A stretch of 64,000 nt of DNA from IMG/VR virus record IMGVR_UViG_3300034375_007546. One strand, written 5' to 3'. This stretch comes from an uncultured virus (IMG/VR IMGVR_UViG_3300034375_007546) (Duplodnaviria > Heunggongvirae > Uroviricota > Caudoviricetes). The notes below the pieces were generated by a model that saw only the letters and a program-made list of their open reading frames with translations, was not told where the DNA came from and did not search any database. Both the position numbers and the translations under genes were made by a program. Position 1 is the stretch's first letter, and every line of letters begins with the position of its first letter. Below, in pieces: positions 20,659 to 29,787 of this stretch.

Positions 20659-21519
20659 ATGATTGTTGTTGGATTAGGAAAAGCAGGTTGTAATATTGCG
20701 AAGGCTTTTTCAAAGTTCCCGCAGTATGAAACTTTTACTATCGATACAAACGACGACGCAAGCATTATGATTGAGGAATGCTCTTCTCACGAAGAGTATG
20801 ACGCAAAGTTTCCCCACTTAGAGTTAGATATTCAAAACGAAGAAGTATTGGTTGTTATTGCTGGCGCAGGAAAGATCTCTGGTGGTTCTTTGCGTTTGTT
20901 GGAGCAACTTCAAAACAATAAGGTTACAGTTCTTTACATTGAAGGCGATCTAACGATTATGTCCGAGATACAAAAGAAGCAAGAGAAGATTGTTTCTTCT
21001 GTACTACAAGAGTATGCTCGTTCAGGCGTATTAGAGCGTATTATTATGGTCAATAACGCGCACATTGAACGCAGCATTGGTGATATGTCTATTATCGGTT
21101 ATTACGATACTCTAAACCAAGCGATTGTAAATATTATTCATATGACAAACGTATTTAAGCATTCAGAGCCTGTAATTGGCAACTTTATTACCCCATCAGA
21201 ATTGTCACGAATCTGCACGATTGGTGCTGTGACGTTGGAGGGTGACGATTATACACAGTATAAAGAAAAGTGGTTCTACCCCTTGACACACACGAAGGAC
21301 GTGGTATACTACTATGGTATTGGAGAGGATGACCTGAAGAATGACGGCACTCTGTTCAGAAAAATCAACAACTTTGTTAAGTCTAGGCTTGACACGGGAG
21401 CGAATGTATCGTATGGTGTGTTTAGAACGAGTTACGAACAGAAATATTGTTATTGCATTCGGTATTCCTCTGTGGTACAATATGTTGACAAGCTTTTAGG
21501 CGATCAGGATATTAGCTGA
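20659..21519 (+). CDS. Divergent tubulin/FtsZ-superfamily protein (PhuZ/TubZ-like)
   Basis: N-terminal VVGLGKAGCNIA, then IDT, degenerate signature AGAGKISGGS, IIMVNN and LNQAI. Confidence 0.65.
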   Translation: MIVVGLGKAGCNIAKAFSKFPQYETFTIDTNDDASIMIEECSSHEEYDAKFPHLELDIQNEEVLVVIAGAGKISGGSLRLLEQLQNNKVTVLYIEGDLTIMSEIQKKQEKIVSSVLQEYARSGVLERIIMVNNAHIERSIGDMSIIGYYDTLNQAIVNIIHMTNVFKHSEPVIGNFITPSELSRICTIGAVTLEGDDYTQYKEKWFYPLTHTKDVVYYYGIGEDDLKNDGTLFRKINNFVKSRLDTGANVSYGVFRTSYEQKYCYCIRYSSVVQYVDKLLGDQDIS

Positions 21520-21550
21520 TCGTACTCTAACCCAAGAAAGGAAATAAAAA

Positions 21551-22327
21551 ATGGGTATCAATTTAGACAAAATGCGAGAGAAGCTCGCAGCCTTGCGAGG
21601 TGAGGGTAAGGGTGGAGACTCCGTTTTCTGGCGTCCCGAGGATGGTGAGCAGGATATTCGTATCGTGCCTACTGCCGATGGCGACCCCTTCAAGGAGATG
21701 TGGTTCCACTACAATGTTGAAAAGGGCGGCTTCCTTTGTCCAAAGCGTAACTTTGGCGATAACTGCCCCGTATGCGAGTTTGCTTCTCAGCTATGGCGTG
21801 AGGGCGTAGACAACAACGACGAGCATTCTAAGAAGACTGCAAAGTCTCTTTTCGTTCGTCAGCGTTTCTTCTCTCCGGTTATGGTCCGTGGTCAGGAGGA
21901 TGCAGGAGTTCGTATCTGGGGTTACGGAAAGACCGCATACGAGAATCTTCTTTCTCTCGTGCTCAACCCTGAGTACGGTGATATTACCGATACGGAGTCT
22001 GGCACTGACCTTACTCTTACTTACGGTAAGCCCCCTGGAGCGTCGTTCCCTCAGACAAAGCTGGTCCCGCGACGACGCCCCTCCGCTCTCTGTGAGGATC
22101 TAACTCCAGATAAGTGCGCAGAGCTTCTTGACAGCATCCCCGAGTTCGGTGGGCTGTTTGAGCGAAAGACGACTGCTGATGTTCAGACGATGCTTGATAA
22201 CTTTGTTAACTCGCAGGTCGATGATCCAGAGTCGGTTTCTAGCGAGACCACGAAGTATGGCAACAAGAACAACGATAGCGAGGTCAACGCCGTCGATGCC
22301 GCCTTCGCAGAGCTTGGCGCTCTTTAA
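21551..22327 (+). CDS. Single-stranded DNA-binding protein (gp32-like)
   Basis: FWRP..IRIVP, HY..FLCPK..CPVCE Zn site, YGDITD..G.D, acidic C-tail. Confidence 0.85.
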   Translation: MGINLDKMREKLAALRGEGKGGDSVFWRPEDGEQDIRIVPTADGDPFKEMWFHYNVEKGGFLCPKRNFGDNCPVCEFASQLWREGVDNNDEHSKKTAKSLFVRQRFFSPVMVRGQEDAGVRIWGYGKTAYENLLSLVLNPEYGDITDTESGTDLTLTYGKPPGASFPQTKLVPRRRPSALCEDLTPDKCAELLDSIPEFGGLFERKTTADVQTMLDNFVNSQVDDPESVSSETTKYGNKNNDSEVNAVDAAFAELGAL

Positions 22328-22336
22328 TCATCCCCT

Positions 22337-22367
22337 CCGCAGGGAGGCCCGGGGTTATAGGGGTCTC
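22337..22367 (+). ncRNA. Candidate structured cis-RNA element, copy 1
   Basis: CCGCAGG + stem GAGGCCC / loop GGGGTTATAG / GGGTCTC. Confidence 0.5.
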
Positions 22368-22388
22368 ACATTCTAGAAAGGAAGAGTT

Positions 22389-22577
22389 ATGACTAATACA
22401 ACGAACCGTCTTGAGCAGCTAATCACGCTTCTTGAGGAGACTCGCGTCGACCACGAGAAGTTCTTTAATGGCGGAAACAACGCTGCTGGAACTCGTGTCC
22501 GCAAGGCAATGCAAGAGGTAAAGGTTCTTGCTCAGGAGCTTCGCGTCGAAGTGCAGGACACCAAGAACGCAGGGTAA
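22389..22577 (+). CDS. Histone H1-like Hc1-family small protein
   Basis: EKFFNGGNNAAGTRVRKAMQEVK..AQELR matches the GNxxAGTRxRK family motif. Confidence 0.7.
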   Translation: MTNTTNRLEQLITLLEETRVDHEKFFNGGNNAAGTRVRKAMQEVKVLAQELRVEVQDTKNAG

Positions 22578-22587
22578 ACTCTACCAA

Positions 22588-22617
22588 CCGCAGGGGGGCA
22601 CGGGTTACAGGTGCCCC
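22588..22617 (+). ncRNA. Candidate structured cis-RNA element, copy 2
   Basis: CCGCAGG + stem GGGGCAC / loop GGGTTACAG / GTGCCCC, with compensatory changes relative to copy 1. Confidence 0.5.
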
Positions 22618-22644
22618 ACTTTTCACTTTAAAAGGGAGTTTAAA

Positions 22645-23175
22645 ATGAGTGATTTTGTTAACCGGCTTAAGGAGCTGGAGATTTCAGAGGATAGTTTTGT
22701 AACCCTCAAGTACGCCGAGGGAAATGACGTATGGCATATTAACGAGGATCATGTTACTGATTCGGTACATGAGACTGCGACTGCCAGCTTGCTTGCAGGT
22801 TTGCTTGCATCTGGTATTCCGGTGTATAGCAACTGGGGCGAGCCAAGTGAGGGCAGCGACATTCTTAACGAGCTACGCGCCCAAGGCGAGCTTGACGATT
22901 ACGAGCGAGGAGAGGATTACTTTCAGGATTACATCACCGAGCGTCTTGCAGAGACCATTTATGACGGTGAGTATTCTCTAGAGTATTCAACCGAGCAGTA
23001 TGATTACAAGCGTGGTCGTTGTGACATCTCTACCGAGGTTCAGGTTCGCTTTGGAGATATCTTCAACGCCGAAGCCGCCACCACTGGACGTTTTCAGTAT
23101 TTTGATGCCGACAACTTTGTTTCCGCTTTTGAGGTTTCTGTCGAGACCCCTAACGGAACTCTAACACTAAACTAG
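22645..23175 (+). CDS. Hypothetical acidic protein
   Basis: ATG at 22645 follows AGGGAG. Confidence 0.7.
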   Translation: MSDFVNRLKELEISEDSFVTLKYAEGNDVWHINEDHVTDSVHETATASLLAGLLASGIPVYSNWGEPSEGSDILNELRAQGELDDYERGEDYFQDYITERLAETIYDGEYSLEYSTEQYDYKRGRCDISTEVQVRFGDIFNAEAATTGRFQYFDADNFVSAFEVSVETPNGTLTLN

Positions 23176-23187
23176 AAAGGAAATAGT

Positions 23188-23397
23188 ATGTTCAAGCGTG
23201 TAAATATCGTTACTTTTGTAACATTTTTGGCTTGCCTTTTTGCTACCAACACGGTAGTATTAGGTGGCTGTTCAAGCTCAGAGACCGATGATGATGACTC
23301 ATCCGTAGATGATGACGATGATTCATCCGTCACCGACGACGACGATGTTGTCGATGATGATGACTCGGCTGCTGACGACGACGACAGCGGGGAGTAA
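23188..23397 (+). CDS. Small poly-Asp lipoprotein
   Basis: Signal peptide ending LGGC, then five DDDD(S) repeats; GAAAGGA RBS. Confidence 0.7.
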   Translation: MFKRVNIVTFVTFLACLFATNTVVLGGCSSSETDDDDSSVDDDDDSSVTDDDDVVDDDDSAADDDDSGE

Positions 23398-23402
23398 GCG
23401 TT

Positions 23403-23564
23403 ATGATTCTGGTCGCTGTAGTGATGATGGTATTTATAATCTGGTATATGTCTGAGCTACAGCGCCAGATAAACGAAGTTGAAGATCTTGTAAGAATGCT
23501 TCACGCTGACTTCGCAGAAGTAGTATACAAAGAATATGGAGAGAAAAGTAATGGCGAAGAGTAA
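23403..23564 (+). CDS. Small membrane-anchored coiled-coil protein (53 aa)
   Basis: MILVAVVMMVFIIWYMSELQRQINEVEDL...; GGGGAG RBS; fills the gap to recA. Confidence 0.55.
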   Translation: MILVAVVMMVFIIWYMSELQRQINEVEDLVRMLHADFAEVVYKEYGEKSNGEE

Positions 23565-24675
23565 GTCAAAAGCAGGCAAGATTTCTATTGATGGTCTGCG
23601 AAGTCTAATCAACAAGACTTCAGGAGTGGAGTGTGCCCACAATCTAAATCAAGCAAATCCAACCGAGGTAAAAGAGTGGATCCCAACTGGCTCACGCTGG
23701 CTTGATTCCATTATCTGCCGAGGACAGCTGGCTGGTATTCCAGTCGGCAAGTTTACGGAGATTGCTGGTCTTGAAGCAACAGGAAAGTCTTTTATGGCTG
23801 CGCAGATTGCTGCGAACGCACAGAAGATGGGAATGAATGTTGTTTATATGGACTCAGAGTCTGCTATTGACCCGGGCTTCTTGGAGCGCACGGGATGTGA
23901 TTTAGAGAGCCTTATTTATGTTCAGGCACAGAGTGTAGAGCACGTCCTTGAGACTGTTGAGGCAGTCTTGGACTCAGGAGCAGAGCGAACTTTATTCATT
24001 TGGGATTCACTTGCTCTGACCCCGACTGTTTCAGATGTAGAGGGAGATTTCAACCCGAACTCTACAATGGCTGTCAAGGCTCGTGTTCTATCAAAGGGAA
24101 TGTCAAAGCTGACGGTTCCAATCGCAAACACACAGTCTGCGTTTTTGGTTCTCAATCAGTTGAAGACGAATATCCCACAGGGTCCAAATGCGCGTATTAT
24201 TGCTATGACGACGCCTTACATCACTCCGGGTGGTAAGTCAATGCATTATGTTTATTCCCTGCGCATTTGGCTAACAGGAAGAAAGGCAAAAGCTGCCTTT
24301 ATTGTAGATGATAGTGGCTTCCGTATTGGTTCAGAAGTAAAAGTTAAGTTGGAGAAGTCACGATTTGGAACTGCTGGTAGAAACTGTGCTTTCAAGATTC
24401 TTTGGGGCTCAGAAGACATCGGTGTGCAGGATAAAGAAAGTTGGTTGGAGGCAATCAAGGTCTCTGACAATCTAAAGCAAGCAGGTGCTTGGTATTCGTT
24501 GGTTTATTCAGACGGCACAGAAGAGAAGTTCCAGTCAGCCCATTGGTTAGATAAGTTAGAGGACGATAAATTTAGAAATCGAGTATTTGAGATTATGGAT
24601 GAAGAGATTATCAAGAAGTTTGATAATCGCGAGGGAGACGCAGGCGATTTCTACGACGTAGATAAAGAAGAATAA
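23551..24675 (+). CDS. recA: RecA/UvsX recombinase
   Basis: WIPTGS..LD, Walker A GLEATGKS, DSE, WDS, NQLK, TPGGK, AGAWY. Confidence 0.95.
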   Translation: MAKSKSKAGKISIDGLRSLINKTSGVECAHNLNQANPTEVKEWIPTGSRWLDSIICRGQLAGIPVGKFTEIAGLEATGKSFMAAQIAANAQKMGMNVVYMDSESAIDPGFLERTGCDLESLIYVQAQSVEHVLETVEAVLDSGAERTLFIWDSLALTPTVSDVEGDFNPNSTMAVKARVLSKGMSKLTVPIANTQSAFLVLNQLKTNIPQGPNARIIAMTTPYITPGGKSMHYVYSLRIWLTGRKAKAAFIVDDSGFRIGSEVKVKLEKSRFGTAGRNCAFKILWGSEDIGVQDKESWLEAIKVSDNLKQAGAWYSLVYSDGTEEKFQSAHWLDKLEDDKFRNRVFEIMDEEIIKKFDNREGDAGDFYDVDKEE

Positions 24676-24686
24676 GTAAATAAGGG

Positions 24687-24732
24687 TTGACAAAGAGGCG
24701 GCTGTGGGGTATCATAACCTCACAGTCGCTTT
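24687..24732 (+). promoter_or_regulatory. Sigma70-like promoter embedded in a 15-bp hairpin
   Basis: TTGACA-N17-TATCAT; the spacer GAGGCGGCTGTGGGG pairs with downstream CCTCACAGTCGCTTT. Confidence 0.6.
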
Positions 24733-24751
24733 CTACGTTAGGGGATAACAA

Positions 24752-25720
24752 ATGAAAAGAGTAATGATTGTGGACGCTCTGAATGCTTACTTCAGGGCGT
24801 TCATTGTAAATCCAAGTATTTCAATCCACGGACAGCCTATTGGCGGTCTTAAGGGTTTTCTAAGCATTCTGCAGAAGCTTTGCCGGGACATTAACCCGGA
24901 CAGTATCGTGATTGTTTGGGATGGGCCAGGAGGGTCACGTAAGCGCCGACAGCAAAACAAGAATTATAAGGAGGGTCGCAAGCCGATTCGAGTCAATCGA
25001 CCCAATAACCTCACGCCGGAAGAACAGCGTGAGAACATGGTATGGCAACAGGTACGTCTTATTGAGTATCTAAACGAACTACCTGTTATTCAGTTCCGCT
25101 TTGACGAGATTGAAGCTGACGATGTAATCTCTTATGTTAGTCGCCTTCCGCACTATGAGGGTTGGCAGAAGGTCATTGTGTCCAATGACAAGGACTTTAT
25201 TCAGCTTTGTGATGATGAGACTGTTTTGTTCCGTCCGACTCAAAAGGTTGTTCACAACAAGATGAACATTGTAGAGCAGTTCGACATTCACCCTCGTAAC
25301 TTTGCTGTTGCTCGGGCTATTGCTGGCGATGCTTCGGACAATCTTGTGGGTGTTCCACGCGCTGGACTTAAGTCTATCGCAAAAAATCTTAATTTTCTGA
25401 GAGAAGATAAAGACGTGACATTACACGAGGTTTTCGATTTCTGTGAAAGCACAGACTCAAAAGCCAAGTTTTTCACCAACATTTTAGAGCACAAAGACAT
25501 AGTTATTAGTAACTATAAACTGATGCAGCTGTATGCTCCAGCCATCTCGCTGCAGAGTCAAGAAAAGGTACATTACGCACTAAATAATTTCGAGCACGAC
25601 TACAACAAGACCGAGATTCTTCGAATGATGAATCAGGATGGTTTTGGTGTCTTTAATTGGGAGGATCTGCACGGCACTATGAACAAAATTTGTATTGACA
25701 AAGCACTGGTGACGGAGTAA
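24752..25720 (+). CDS. 5'-3' exonuclease / flap endonuclease (PolI N-terminal, T4 RNase H-like)
   Basis: IVDALN, VWDG, YKEGR, EADDVI, SNDKDFIQL, GDASDNLVGV. Confidence 0.93.
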   Translation: MKRVMIVDALNAYFRAFIVNPSISIHGQPIGGLKGFLSILQKLCRDINPDSIVIVWDGPGGSRKRRQQNKNYKEGRKPIRVNRPNNLTPEEQRENMVWQQVRLIEYLNELPVIQFRFDEIEADDVISYVSRLPHYEGWQKVIVSNDKDFIQLCDDETVLFRPTQKVVHNKMNIVEQFDIHPRNFAVARAIAGDASDNLVGVPRAGLKSIAKNLNFLREDKDVTLHEVFDFCESTDSKAKFFTNILEHKDIVISNYKLMQLYAPAISLQSQEKVHYALNNFEHDYNKTEILRMMNQDGFGVFNWEDLHGTMNKICIDKALVTE

Positions 25721-25723
25721 GAT

Positions 25724-27112
25724 GTGGCTATGAATCAAACTATCATTGGTAAAAACGAAAACGCTAACTTCTCAAAGTACGGCAAGTCCTTCCAAGAAAA
25801 GCTTTGTATGGTAATACTAGATGACCGTGCGTTTGCTGATCAAATCGAAGAAGTTCTTGATATCAACTTTTTGGAGTTGAACTATCTAAAACTATTTCTA
25901 ACAAAGATTTTCTCTTATCGCGAAAAGTATGGAGTTCATCCATCACGCGATATTATGAAGACTATTCTGCGCTCTGACTTGGACGCAGAGAACGAACTAA
26001 CAGCAAAGCAAGTGCGCGAGTTTTATGTTCGCTCACAGATTACAGATCTTACAGATGTAGAATACATCAAGGATACATCGCTTGATTTCTGTAAAAAGCA
26101 GAACCTCAAGTCTGCGATGGTCAAGTCTATTGGTCTTCTGCAGAACTCTTCTTATGATGAGATTGCTCAGGTAATCAACGATTCACTTCGTTTGGGTATG
26201 AACAACGAAGAAGGTTATGATTGGAAGAAAGACTTTGAGGAGCGCTTCAAGCCTAAGTTCCGCAATCCTATTTCAACTGGTTGGGATCTAATCGACAACA
26301 TTTGCAAGGGCGGTCTTGGACAAAAGGAGCTTGGTGTTGTTATTGCTCCGACTGGTGCCGGTAAGTCAATGGTTCTCGTTCATCTTGGGACACAGGCTCT
26401 CAAAGCAGGCAAGACTGTTGTTCATTACACACTGGAACTTCAAGATACTGTTATTGCTTCTCGTTATGACTCTTGTCTTACAAAGGTGCCTCTGGGCAAT
26501 CTTATGTCTTTCAAGGAGAAGATTTACGAAGAGGTTCAGGATATTGAAGGTCGCCTAATCGTCAAGGAGTATCCAACAAAGTCTGCGACAACTCATACAA
26601 TCAAGACGCACCTTGAAAAGTTGAAGATGCGCAATATCAATGTTGATATGATTATTGTTGATTATGCTGATCTTCTTCGCCCGGTTCGTTCACAGAGAGA
26701 AAAGAGAAACGAACTGGAAACTATTTATGAAGAACTTCGCGGCATCGCATCAGAAATGGAGTGTCCTATTTGGACTGCTTCGCAAACAAACCGCTCTGGT
26801 TTGAATGCCGAAGTTATTACAATGGAGGCGATTTCAGAAGCGTTCAACAAATGTTTCGTTTCAGACTTTATTTTCACTGTTTCTCGAACTGTGGATGATA
26901 AGGTTGCGAACGGTGGTCGCGTCTTTGTAGCAAAGAACAGAAATGGACCTGATGGACTTGTATTCCCAATCTTTATGGATACAAGCACAGTCAGTATCAA
27001 GGTTTTACAACCATCCGAGGAAGACGAGAATGTTGAAGTGGATGCTAAAAAGCAAAAGCAATCACTCGTAGAGAAATACAAGAACTTCAAGAAGAACAAA
27101 GGAGAAAACTAA
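25724..27112 (+). CDS. dnaB: Replicative DNA helicase (DnaB/gp41-like)
   Basis: Walker A APTGAGKS, TLE, IIVDYADL, WTASQTNR, KNRNGPDG. The start may instead be ATG 25730. Confidence 0.93.
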   Translation: MAMNQTIIGKNENANFSKYGKSFQEKLCMVILDDRAFADQIEEVLDINFLELNYLKLFLTKIFSYREKYGVHPSRDIMKTILRSDLDAENELTAKQVREFYVRSQITDLTDVEYIKDTSLDFCKKQNLKSAMVKSIGLLQNSSYDEIAQVINDSLRLGMNNEEGYDWKKDFEERFKPKFRNPISTGWDLIDNICKGGLGQKELGVVIAPTGAGKSMVLVHLGTQALKAGKTVVHYTLELQDTVIASRYDSCLTKVPLGNLMSFKEKIYEEVQDIEGRLIVKEYPTKSATTHTIKTHLEKLKMRNINVDMIIVDYADLLRPVRSQREKRNELETIYEELRGIASEMECPIWTASQTNRSGLNAEVITMEAISEAFNKCFVSDFIFTVSRTVDDKVANGGRVFVAKNRNGPDGLVFPIFMDTSTVSIKVLQPSEEDENVEVDAKKQKQSLVEKYKNFKKNKGEN

Positions 27113-27114
27113 CA

Positions 27115-29544
27115 ATGTATAACGAAGAGCAGGTAAGAGAAGCAACATTAGCTTATTTTGATGGCGATGAACTCGCAACTAATGTTTTTATGACGAAGTA
27201 TTGTCTTCGCGACAATAAGGGAAGCTATGTTGAAAAGACCCCCGATGATATGCATCGTCGCATTGCTTCCGAGTTTGCTCGGATGGAAGATAAGTTTGGT
27301 GAGAACAACCTTACCGAATCAGAAATCTATTCTTACTTAAAGAACTTCAAATACATTGTCCCACAGGGCTCACCCATGATGGGGATTGGAAATAATTATG
27401 TTAATGTATCACTCTCTAACTGCGTTGTCGTGGAGAATCCTCAAGACTCCATTTCTTCTATTATGGACGCTGGTAAAGATATTGCTAACTTGTTTAAGCG
27501 CCGCTGTGGGGTTGGTCTTGATATTTCTGATTTGCGTCCCGAGGGTGCTGCCGTTAACAACTCTGCTCGCACTACTACTGGCGCTTGGTCTTTCGCAGAT
27601 TTTTATTCTTATGTTTGTCGGATGATCGGACAGAATGGTCGTCGTGGCGCTCTTATGATTTCTATGGATGTTCGTCACCCGGATATTCGTGAGTTTGTGA
27701 GAATGAAGCATGATCTGACCAAGGTTACAGGAGCCAATGTGTCCGTAAAGATTACAGACGACTTTATGGAGGCTGTGAGGGACGGAGGAGAGTTTACACT
27801 TCGTTTCCCTGTAGATGCCGAGACTCCAACACATATTAGCTCTATCAATGCTGTAGAGCTATGGAATGACATTGTTGAGTCTGCTACGAAGACAGCAGAG
27901 CCGGGACTTCTTATGTGGGACAACATCACTAAGAACCTTCCAGCACACTCATACGCACAGTTCCAAACAAAGACAACTAATCCTTGTGGAGAGATCCCTC
28001 TTTCTGCTTACGATTCTTGCCGTCTTATTTCTCTCAATCTAAAGCACCTTGTTCAGAATGCTTTTACAGAGAACGCTAGCTTTGACTTCAATAAGCTAAG
28101 GCAGATTGCGTCCGTAGGTATGCGTCTTTCCGACAACCTTGTTGAGTTGGAGTTGGAGAAGCTAGAGAACATTCGTGCTGTTGCTGATTCAGACGATGAG
28201 AAGGAACTATGGACCAAACTTTATGATGCTGCCGCCAATGGTCGCAGAACTGGTCTTGGTACTCACGGTCTTGCTGATGCTGTTGCGCGAATGAACCTTG
28301 CTTACGATTCAAACGAGGCGTTGGTTCTAATTGAGCAGATCTACGAGACTATTAGAGACACCGCTTACACTGAAAGTTGCTATCTCGCACAGGAGCGTGG
28401 CGCTTTCCCTGTTTTTGATTGGGAGATAGAAAAGGATAATGCTTTCATTCAGCGTCTTCCAGAGGAGATCCAAGCTCTAATCCAAGCCCACGGTCGTCGT
28501 AACATTTCTATTCTTACGAACGCGCCTACTGGTTCTGTTTCTATTATGTCGCAGACTTCATCTGGTTTGGAGCCTGTATTCAAGAACTACTACATTCGTC
28601 GTCGCAAGCTTTCTCACAACGAGACAGATGTTACACCTGACTTTGTAGATGATCTGGGAGATCGTTGGTTGGAGTATAAGGTATTCCACCACAATGTTCA
28701 GGAGTGGATAAACGAGAACTTTACCAATCACAGAGAACTACCTCAACTACCTGACTTCTTTGTTGAGTCCGATTCCATTGATTGGTCGCAGCGTGTCTTT
28801 ATTCAAGCAGCAATCCAAAAGTCTATCGATCATTCTATCAGTTCTACAATCAATCTTCCAAAAGGCACAGAGCCAGAGGTTGTTGGAAATCTTTATCAGC
28901 TTGGCTGGGAGTTGGGCCTAAAAGGTATTACTGTATATGTTGATGGTTCCCGAACTGGCGTTCTTCTAACCGAGAACGATAAGAAGGACGAAGAAGTATT
29001 CCCACAGCACCGTGCCCCCAAGCGTCCTTTGGAGTTGGAATGCAACATCCACCACACTACGATTAAGGGCGAGAAGTGGGTTATTATGGTTGGTCTTCTA
29101 GATGGCAAGCCGTATGAGGTTATGGGAGGACTTTCAAACCTTATTGAGATTCCGAGAGGTAAAGCAAAGGGTGTTCTTATCAAGAATCCCCGCAAGACTG
29201 TAAATTCCATTTATGACTTGCGCATTGGAACAAACGGTGATACAGTTATCGTCAAGGATCTAGTAAAGACCTTTGATAATCCAAACCACAGTGCTTTGAC
29301 GCGGATTATTTCACTTGGTTTGCGCCACGGAGCAAATATTCAGTATGTTGTTGAGCAGCTGCAGAAGGATAAGGACTCTGATATGTTCTCGTTCTCCAAG
29401 TGTATTGCTCGTATTCTCAAAAACTACATTCCTGACGGACAAGAGGCAAGTGAGAAGACTTGCCCTGAGTGTGGCGAAGATGGTTTAGTATATATTGAAG
29501 GTTGTCAGACGTGCCAGTCATGTGGCTGGGCTCGCTGCGGATAG
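27115..29544 (+). CDS. nrdJ: Class II (adenosylcobalamin) ribonucleotide reductase
   Basis: SLSNC, TNPCGEIPL, NAPTGSVS, SSGLEP, KGITVY, C-terminal Cys cluster; no beta-subunit gene nearby. Confidence 0.92.
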   Translation: MYNEEQVREATLAYFDGDELATNVFMTKYCLRDNKGSYVEKTPDDMHRRIASEFARMEDKFGENNLTESEIYSYLKNFKYIVPQGSPMMGIGNNYVNVSLSNCVVVENPQDSISSIMDAGKDIANLFKRRCGVGLDISDLRPEGAAVNNSARTTTGAWSFADFYSYVCRMIGQNGRRGALMISMDVRHPDIREFVRMKHDLTKVTGANVSVKITDDFMEAVRDGGEFTLRFPVDAETPTHISSINAVELWNDIVESATKTAEPGLLMWDNITKNLPAHSYAQFQTKTTNPCGEIPLSAYDSCRLISLNLKHLVQNAFTENASFDFNKLRQIASVGMRLSDNLVELELEKLENIRAVADSDDEKELWTKLYDAAANGRRTGLGTHGLADAVARMNLAYDSNEALVLIEQIYETIRDTAYTESCYLAQERGAFPVFDWEIEKDNAFIQRLPEEIQALIQAHGRRNISILTNAPTGSVSIMSQTSSGLEPVFKNYYIRRRKLSHNETDVTPDFVDDLGDRWLEYKVFHHNVQEWINENFTNHRELPQLPDFFVESDSIDWSQRVFIQAAIQKSIDHSISSTINLPKGTEPEVVGNLYQLGWELGLKGITVYVDGSRTGVLLTENDKKDEEVFPQHRAPKRPLELECNIHHTTIKGEKWVIMVGLLDGKPYEVMGGLSNLIEIPRGKAKGVLIKNPRKTVNSIYDLRIGTNGDTVIVKDLVKTFDNPNHSALTRIISLGLRHGANIQYVVEQLQKDKDSDMFSFSKCIARILKNYIPDGQEASEKTCPECGEDGLVYIEGCQTCQSCGWARCG

Positions 29545-29552
29545 GAGATAAA

Positions 29553-29783
29553 ATGAGCGAAACTAAAACAAACTGCCGACACGAATTCGCTGGACAAAAA
29601 GTAAATGGAGATATATGTAACCGATGCGAAAAAGAAGTTGAATGGTTTCATATCCCCGATTCACTGGCAAGTGCTTGTGTAGAGTGTGGCTTTGTTAGAG
29701 TAGGCACTAAGAAGTTTGGCTATGAAGCCGGCGCCACAATACAAGAATGGCTCTCGGATTTGAATAGAGATAGAAAGGAATAA
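29553..29783 (+). CDS. Small Zn-ribbon-like protein
   Basis: CRH, CNRC and CVECG motifs; AGGAG RBS. Confidence 0.6.
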   Translation: MSETKTNCRHEFAGQKVNGDICNRCEKEVEWFHIPDSLASACVECGFVRVGTKKFGYEAGATIQEWLSDLNRDRKE

Positions 29784-29787
29784 TAAA

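Larger units (their letters stand above)
19836..20662 (+). pseudogene. Disrupted MazG-like NTP pyrophosphohydrolase (COG4997-type)
   Basis: The N-terminus YHKLVRDRIPEIIEEAGK (from 19836) and a matching C-terminus GITDAQV..KRIECGGFDMGYLLEWVKE (to 20662) flank a high-GC insert; the acidic catalytic middle is missing. Confidence 0.7.

Noticed and set aside
20659..21519. Nucleus-forming (chimallin) jumbo-phage lifestyle
   Set aside because: A tubulin-like gene alone is insufficient. No chimallin or phage multisubunit RNAP is recognisable, and the sigma70-type promoters imply use of host RNAP.
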